From the NCBI GenBank assembly GCA_965224085.1, contig CBDCYI010000004.1:1280001-1344000 (forward strand): a stretch of DNA of 64,000 nt, read 5' to 3'. Of the stretch, positions 57,734 to 64,000 are shown in pieces. The DNA is from Candidatus Marinacidobacterales bacterium. GTDB taxonomy: Bacteria; Acidobacteriota; Vicinamibacteria; Marinacidobacterales; SMYC01. Every line of letters begins with the position of its first letter. Position 1 is the stretch's first letter. The translations under genes and the position numbers were made by a program. The notes under the pieces were generated by a model. The model searched no databases. It was not told where the DNA came from and worked only from the letters and a program-made list of their open reading frames with translations.

Positions 57734-59674
57734 GCGGAGCTTCCGCCGGCTAGACGCATGTAAACCCGTACGTTTAAAGCAGATGTGGCCGTTCTAAGTG
57801 TAATCAGTACGCATGTAATAATAACGGTATGGTTGATAATGCTGATTAGATCCTGTATAGTCGGCGCATGTACATCGCCAAGGTGCCGAACCGTAACTCG
57901 CCCCCAGCGATTCTCATTCGCGAAAGCTACCGCGAAGGCGGTAAGCCCAAAACGAGGACCGTCGCCAACATCTCGAAGTGGAAGCCCGCTCGAATTGAAG
58001 CTCTTCGCCAGTTGCTGAAGGGCAACGTGGATTTGGGTGAGGCTCAGCAATTCGAGATCACCAGAAGCAAACCTCACGGACATGTTGCGGCCGTGCTGGG
58101 AACGCTGCGCAAAGTTGGCCTCGAGCGAATCATCCATAGCCGCCAGCGCCGAGAGCGTGACCTCGTGGTGGCGATGATTGTGGCGCGAATCGTAGAGCCG
58201 GGCTCCAAGTTGGCCACGGCCCGTGGTCTATCGAAACAGACCTTGACTTCGTCTTTGGGTGAGTGTGTTGGAGTTGAAGACTCCAACGAGGATGAGTTGT
58301 ATGAGGCCCTGGATTGGCTTTTGAGCCGCCAAGCTGCCATAGAGAAGAAACTGGCGAAACGCCATCTGCAGCAGGGCAGCTTGGTTCTCTACGACTTGAC
58401 GTCGACTTGGGTGGAAGGTCGGTCGTGCCCTCTGGCGAAGCTCGGTTACTCGAGAGACGGCAAGAAAAACAAACTGCAGATCGTGTTCGGCTTACTGTGT
58501 GAGCGTAATGGTCGGCCGGTCGGGGTAGAGGTGTTCGAAGGCAACACCGGAGATCCCGCAACACTGGGGAGCCAAATTCGCAAAGTCCGAGAACGTTTTG
58601 AGCTTGACAATATCGTCTTCGTAGGTGACCGAGGGATGATCACCGAAGCTCGGATTCGCGAGGAACTTCGACCAGAGGAAGGTCTCGAGTGGATCAGCTC
58701 ACTTCGTGCCCCGCAGATTCAGCGACTTGCAAAAGACGGAATGCTACAGCCTTCTCTGTTCGATGAGGTCGACCTAGCGGAGATCCATCATCCTAACTTT
58801 CCTGGTGAGCGACTCATTGCTTGTCGCAACCCTCTTCTTGCTGCCGAGCGGGCACGGAAACGGGAAGAGATGCTTGTGTCGACGGAGTCGAAGCTAGAAG
58901 TGATTCGCAAAGCGACGAAGCGAGACCAGCGTCCTTTGCGAGGCAAAGATACCATCGGCATACGATTGGGTCGAGTGTTCGCTCGGAGCAAGATGGGCAA
59001 GCACTTTCGCTACACCATTACGGACGACAGCTTCGACTTCGAGCGCGACAACGATAACATCGAGCGTGAGGCGACCCTCGACGGTATCTATATCATTCGT
59101 ACAAGCCTCACCGAAGAGGCCATCTCCGCAGACGAAGCTGTCAAGACCTACAAAGGCTTGGCAGTCGTTGAACGCGCTTTTCGTTGCTGCAAAACCGTGG
59201 ATTTGAAAGTACGGCCCATCTATCACTACAACGCTGAGCGAGTTCGAGCTCACATCTTTCTTTGCATGCTCGCCTACTACGTGGAATGGCACATGCGAAA
59301 AGCCCTCGCCCCGATCTTGTTTGACGACGACGACACTGACGGTGCCCAAGCCAAACGCTCATCCATCGTCAGCCCAGCAACGTCTTCAGACTCCGCCCAG
59401 GCAAAGGCTTCTACCAAGAAGTCTCCCGATGGGTTGCCCGTCCACAGTTTCAGAACGCTTCTTTCTGATCTTGCTACGGTCACGAAAAATCAAGTCGAAA
59501 ACGACGCCCGCGGCCTGTCCTTCGTCAGCGTTACTCGCCCTACACCCTTGCAGCACAAAGCATTCAACCTCCTCGGAATCAATCCCCGCACGATGTAAGC
59601 AGTACACACGCCTCTCTTAAAAAACAAGACTAATGATGCCAACACTTACGCTTGTTCATCTGTGGAAGTTCCGC
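57734..59674 (+). mobile_element. Intact IS1634-family element
   Basis: IRs GCGGAGCTTCCGC / GTGGAAGTTCCGC; TTAA duplicated at 57730-33 and 59675-78. Confidence 0.88.
57868..59598 (+). CDS. IS1634-family transposase
   Basis: LYDLTSTWVEG, GYSRDGK, VGDRGMI, VERAFR, RVRAHIFLCMLAYY. Confidence 0.93.
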   Translation: MYIAKVPNRNSPPAILIRESYREGGKPKTRTVANISKWKPARIEALRQLLKGNVDLGEAQQFEITRSKPHGHVAAVLGTLRKVGLERIIHSRQRRERDLVVAMIVARIVEPGSKLATARGLSKQTLTSSLGECVGVEDSNEDELYEALDWLLSRQAAIEKKLAKRHLQQGSLVLYDLTSTWVEGRSCPLAKLGYSRDGKKNKLQIVFGLLCERNGRPVGVEVFEGNTGDPATLGSQIRKVRERFELDNIVFVGDRGMITEARIREELRPEEGLEWISSLRAPQIQRLAKDGMLQPSLFDEVDLAEIHHPNFPGERLIACRNPLLAAERARKREEMLVSTESKLEVIRKATKRDQRPLRGKDTIGIRLGRVFARSKMGKHFRYTITDDSFDFERDNDNIEREATLDGIYIIRTSLTEEAISADEAVKTYKGLAVVERAFRCCKTVDLKVRPIYHYNAERVRAHIFLCMLAYYVEWHMRKALAPILFDDDDTDGAQAKRSSIVSPATSSDSAQAKASTKKSPDGLPVHSFRTLLSDLATVTKNQVENDARGLSFVSVTRPTPLQHKAFNLLGINPRTM

Positions 59675-59759
59675 TTAAGAATGCCCCGACGACACGCCGG
59701 GCGAGCTCGGCGCAAGTTCAAGAGAGAGCGAGCATTAAGCACTAGAAAAGCCAACAGCT

Positions 59760-60236
59760 TTATTCGATGCGTTCGGTTCGCGTCTTGTTGCCTTCGGCAT
59801 CCCTCCAGAAGCGCTCGCCTTCGGCTTTGACGAGACCGATGCCACGGGCGTACCACTCGATAACGTCCTCGCCATATTCGGTGCCTGAATAGTCCATGCG
59901 CAGCATGTACCGGCGGATCTTCAGACAGTCCTCGTAGTCTTTCCAAGCTTCCACGACGAGAAGCTCTGCTTCGAAGTAGTGGGCGCCCACGTCCCGCTTC
60001 TCGCCGTCGACGCGCAGGACGAAGCGACGCTGGCTCGTGTGCACCTCGCCTACCGTCATGATGACGGGAAGGAGCACCACCGGCCTTTCGTAGTGGAGGG
60101 TGCCACCATCTGGCGAGGCGCTTTCTCGAAGGAGCAGGCCTACCTCCGGGTCGAAGTCCGGGGCCTCTCCGACATAGAGCGCGAGGGAGACGTCTACGAG
60201 GGCGAGAACAAGGGCGGCGGCAATCACGCGCTTCAT
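59760..60236 (-). CDS. Hypothetical secreted protein
   Basis: Signal peptide; EWYARGIGLVK tail seen in uncharacterised beta-rich exported proteins. Confidence 0.55.
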   Translation of the reverse strand: MKRVIAAALVLALVDVSLALYVGEAPDFDPEVGLLLRESASPDGGTLHYERPVVLLPVIMTVGEVHTSQRRFVLRVDGEKRDVGAHYFEAELLVVEAWKDYEDCLKIRRYMLRMDYSGTEYGEDVIEWYARGIGLVKAEGERFWRDAEGNKTRTERIE

Positions 60237-60493
60237 TTTACCCCGTTGCCGGAGCGTGTGCGAGGCTAGCGGGCTACCGATGCGGCAGCCAACGCCATTC
60301 TAGATCAGCTGAACCAGTGGGGAGTGAGGCGGCGTTGGACACTCGATGAGAACCTCCGTCCGATCGACGTGCGCTACCGTGACAAAAGGTAGTTCATCTT
60401 GACGACAAGGCGGCGATCTTGCTCGGGCGTCACTTTGGTTTCGATCGATTCATCAGGAGCTGATAGAATTCCGCGCCAGAGATCGAGAGGTCA

Positions 60494-61532
60494 ATGACCA
60501 TGCACAGCACTCTTTTTAAAACCGTGGGTGTCGTCGCGACGATTCTCGTTGCAGCCTGCACCGACCGAGTCCGTTCAATGCGTGACGACGAATCCAGAGA
60601 CGAAAGCAATATCTTGTTGACGGAGAGTTACGGACAAGACGTCCGGCGAGCATATCGGCGTCTGGTATCTCGACCCCTATGCTCGACCAGGAAAACGCTC
60701 CGGAGCCTGGGCGACCACCTATCGCAGCCACGAGACGTTCGACGGCAAGAAGACGGTGCTCGGTTCGAACAACTCGAACTTTATCAAAGGAGCACTTGGG
60801 GAGCCGGTGCTCGTTTCCTGGGACGATGCCGAAACGCTGTTCCACGAGTTCGGCCACGCGCTGCACTATTTCTCGTCGACCGTCGAATATCCCACGCTCA
60901 ATAGCGGCGTGCGGGACTACACGGAGTTTCAGTCGCAGCTTCTGGAGCGGTGGCTACTGACGGACGCGGTGATCGAGACTTACCTCGTTCACCATGAAAC
61001 GGGCGAGTCGATCCCGGAAGAGCTCGTGGCGAAGATCAAGAAGGCTTCGACGTTCAACCAAGGCTTCGAGACGACGGAGTATCTCGCTTCCGCGCTCGTG
61101 GACATGAAATATCACACCACCGATCCGACGGGCATCGACCCCGACGCTTTCGAGCGCGATGCGCTTTTGGAGCTGAGCATGCCGAGCGAGGTCGTGATGC
61201 GGCACCGAAGCCCGCATTTCGGGCACATCTTCTCCGGCGAGGGCTATTCGGCCGGCTACTACGGCTACCTATGGGCTGACGTGCTCACGTCCGATGCTGC
61301 TGAGGCCTTCCAAGAGGCGCCGGGCGGCTTTTACGACAAGGACATGGCGAAGAAACTCGACGACCATTTGTTTGCCGTACGCAACGCGGTCGACCCGGAC
61401 GACGCCTATCGCGCTTTCCGCGGTCGCGATGCCCGGATCGACGCGCTCATGAGAGACCGCGGCTTTCCCGTCCCGGGCGAAAAGGGGAACGCATCCACAG
61501 AGTCGCAGGCCGGACCGATCTCAGGACGCTGA
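60494..61532 (+). pseudogene. dcp: M3 peptidase (Dcp-like) with large internal deletion
   Basis: Lipoprotein N-terminus (LVAAC) joined out of frame at ~60625 to WYLDPYARPGKRSGAW...FHEFGHALH...YSAGYYGYLW. Confidence 0.8.
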
Positions 61533-61650
61533 GCGACGCTTCTGAATACCATCGGCTTGGTAACACTATCCTCAAACAACTCGTTCCGGGAAGAGTCGCT
61601 CGCTCGAGGCGCTGATAGATTCACGTGACCGCCGCGCGTCGGCCTACGAG

Positions 61651-62214
61651 CTATTCCAACACCTTTCGGATCATTTCCTCGAGCTCGATCCTGTAGAAAA
61701 ATCGCTCCGGATCCTCGTCAAGCCTTTGATGCAGCCAACCAACGGGTGGGCTCGGCTGAGCGTCCCATTCGGCATTCGCATCGTAAACGAGATAGACGTC
61801 CCACGCCATGTCCATCTTCGTTCCGAGAACGGGAGCGAGAGCGTCCCCGACGGCCTGCGAGCCATCGAAGTAATGCGTTGCGCGCTCGTCGGGGATCAGA
61901 TTCTTCGCCTCGATCGCCGCTTCGTAGCTGTCGTTGTGAGTCGCATCGATCCAGACCGCGAAGACCTCGAGCCGATCATCGTCTATCTCGCTCAACACCT
62001 TCTGCACCGCACGGGCGCCTCGCACGCACGAGCCTCACGTGGGGGAGAGAACGGTGATGAGTCGCGGGCGGCCTTTCGACGTGTTGAAATCGGAAACTAG
62101 AGGCGCGAGCGCGCGATCGATCTGCTTCACCGCGTCCTCGGCGTGGACGTGAGACGGTGACGGCGCCGAGAGCATGGCCGCGGCGAGACCGACACTAACA
62201 CGGATTCGATTCAC
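61651..62214 (-). CDS. Exported thioredoxin-fold selenoprotein (UxxC), 187 aa
   Basis: AGGAGG RBS + GTG 62214; in-frame TGA at 62037-62035 in VLSPT-U-GSC; frame open on both sides. Confidence 0.8.
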
Positions 62215-62387
62215 GAGTGCCTCCTTCTAAACTGCGGACCTTCCAGGGCCATATATAGCTGCCCCGCGCCTTCCAGCTTGTCGTCTTTCGCTGCTGGTGG
62301 TCCCGACCCTCATGCACTATAACGCTCCACATGGAAGTGTCACGTTGACATTCATATGATGAATGCACGCAACCTCTTTGCCTTGGG

Positions 62388-62844
62388 TCACGGCCCTCGT
62401 CCGAGCAGTCGAAGAAAAATCATGGCGTGCGTTACCAAGAGTAGCGGCACAACGAATGTCGGGATGTACCAAGTCGTCTGAAGATGCGGGACAGCTTCCG
62501 CATGGCGCAGTGCGTTTAGAAGGTCTACTGTGCCGACAGTGTTGAAAAGCCAAACCAACGGAAGCGTCCTCGAAGGGCTGCGAGACACAATAGTGCGAGC
62601 AGGCCGGTGACAAAGTCGCCATAGGCAGCCGGGGGGCAAAAGAGCTCGGCAGAGGTTGAGCCACCAATCCCGGGACCAAAAACGCCAGTCCTAAATGCCG
62701 GAACGCATGGGGGACGATCAGGGGGATCAATCCCTCGTCGATGGTTTTCTCGGCCAGCCACGGCGTCACGTACCATTTCGCCAGCAGAGCGTACACAATA
62801 AGGCTCAAGACAAGCTGCAGACCAAAAATTGTTAGCGTATCCAT
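62388..62844 (-). pseudogene. Conserved membrane protein, frameshifted
   Basis: PHAFRHLGL...AYGDFVTGLLA...FNTVGTVDLLNA...IPTFVVPLLLVTH spread over several frames. Confidence 0.6.
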
Positions 62845-62871
62845 GGGATCACCTTTAGCTCCACATCTCCG

Positions 62872-63590
62872 TTAGTGCGGCGTCACTGCGTCGGCCGACC
62901 AGCCTTCAGCTTCCATGCGATCTCGGCCGTCGTCGATACCGCGTTCGAGATGACCGGATGTCGGCAGAAGCAGAAGCTTCTTCTGCTCCGCCGCTTCGCG
63001 CCAGTCACTACTGTCGTGGGCGAGCACGGGCTCCCGCAACATCGGATGACCGCGGTCCCGCTCCCAGCGATCGAGATCCGGCGCGCGGGTCAGCATCATC
63101 TTGACCGTGAAGGCAAGAGCTCCGAGCTTCGTTCCTGCTCGCAGGCCAGGTGCGATCAGATCAGGCTGGGCGATGTATCGTCGAGCGATCGACTCGAAAG
63201 GCTCCGGCGGCCTGCCGCAGACCTCTTGAACGTGTTCGGTCGGCGCTCCGACCGCAAACGTACCACCACGAAGCTCCTCGAAGTAGAAACGAAGATGGGC
63301 GATCTCGAAGGCCGAGACTCCCTGCGCCGTCGCTGCCTTCTGAAACATCTTGAGGGACGCGTCCTGGTACTTGACCTTGCGACCGACCACTTCGGTGAGA
63401 ACGTTGGCCACGTCGGAAGGCGAGATGAGCTTGGGACCCGTTGGACGGTAACACATGCCAATATGAGCAGATGGTTCAGCGAGCACTCCTGCCGCCACAC
63501 TGCCAATGTCTTCGCTGGAGGGCGGAGCGTTGAGCCCATCACCCCAGGGCCCAACGAGCATCCCAAAGTGCACGATCAGCGAGAATGTAA
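62872..63590 (-). pseudogene. NmrA-family NAD(P)-binding protein, C-terminal part
   Basis: NAPPSSEDIGSVAAGVL...YRPTGP; N-terminal Rossmann motif absent. Confidence 0.7.
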
Positions 63591-63799
63591 CTCGGTCCGC
63601 TACTCATGAGCTTCTTGGTGATCCACGTCACATGATGCACATCACAGCGAGCGTTGAAGGTCGGGGCCCAGATGGATACCTTCTGAGGTGCAGGTTACGA
63701 GCCACATGAATCATTTTCCCGCCGTCGGCCTCGTCGCGCTGTCGGCAAGTTCCGTAGAACTGAAAAAGACGCCCCCACCCGAGCGAGCATCACGACACG

Positions 63800-63935
63800 C
63801 TAATGTTCGGTGCGCAGCGCTTCGACCGGATCGATCTTCGTCGCGCTGAGCGTCGGCACAAACGCGGCGGCGAGCGCCGTCGCTGCGAGCAGAACGGCCA
63901 CGGTGAGATAGGTCGCGGGGTCGGTCGCGGTCATC
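63800..63935 (-). pseudogene. ADOP/MacB-FtsX permease C-terminal tail
   Basis: TDPATYLTVAVLL...VPTLSATKIDPVEALRTEH*. Confidence 0.7.
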
Positions 63936-63937
63936 GG

Positions 63938-64000
63938 CCGCGACTATGCCTGGCCTGGAAACGTGCGCGAGCTCGAGCAATGTGTGCGCAACATCGTTAT
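63938..64000 (+). pseudogene. sigma54-dependent activator AAA+ fragment
   Basis: DYAWPGNVRELEQCVRNIV. Confidence 0.65.

Noticed and set aside
1-64000. CRISPR array, tRNA/rRNA, integron attC array, retron or DGR
   Set aside because: No regularly spaced repeats, RNA gene signatures, integron integrase or reverse transcriptase motifs were seen by eye

Overview
GC-rich bacterial DNA. The gene content (ADOP-type permease tail, DUF4388-DnaJ-TPR, PQQ propellers, CotH/VTC) suggests Acidobacteriota; this is inference. The intact core is a ~16 kb complex I operon in permuted order (J,K,[MrpD-like],[87 aa],[antiporter with NuoL-like tail],M,N,A,B,C,D,E-F fusion,G,H,I,CBS), with four antiporter-like subunits and no canonical nuoL. 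The flanks are mosaics of intact genes, gene-tail fragments, nonsense pseudogenes and IS elements (IS110/IS1111, IS1380 remnant, two IS1634, IS5). Highlights: (1) an IS1111-type element whose 3' non-coding bridge/seek RNA has target and donor guides that can be read directly and match its own insertion site; (2) an unannotated exported UxxC selenoprotein read through a TGA; (3) the Mrp/complex I hybrid; (4) a VTC-DUF4956-CotH cluster with duplicated components; (5) an orphan RnfD/NqrB-like-Sel1 protein paired with an FGE-sulfatase-domain protein; (6) a scrambled amidohydrolase::IS1634 locus. Homopolymer frameshifts suggest some sequencing error. All family calls are by motif recognition, not database search.
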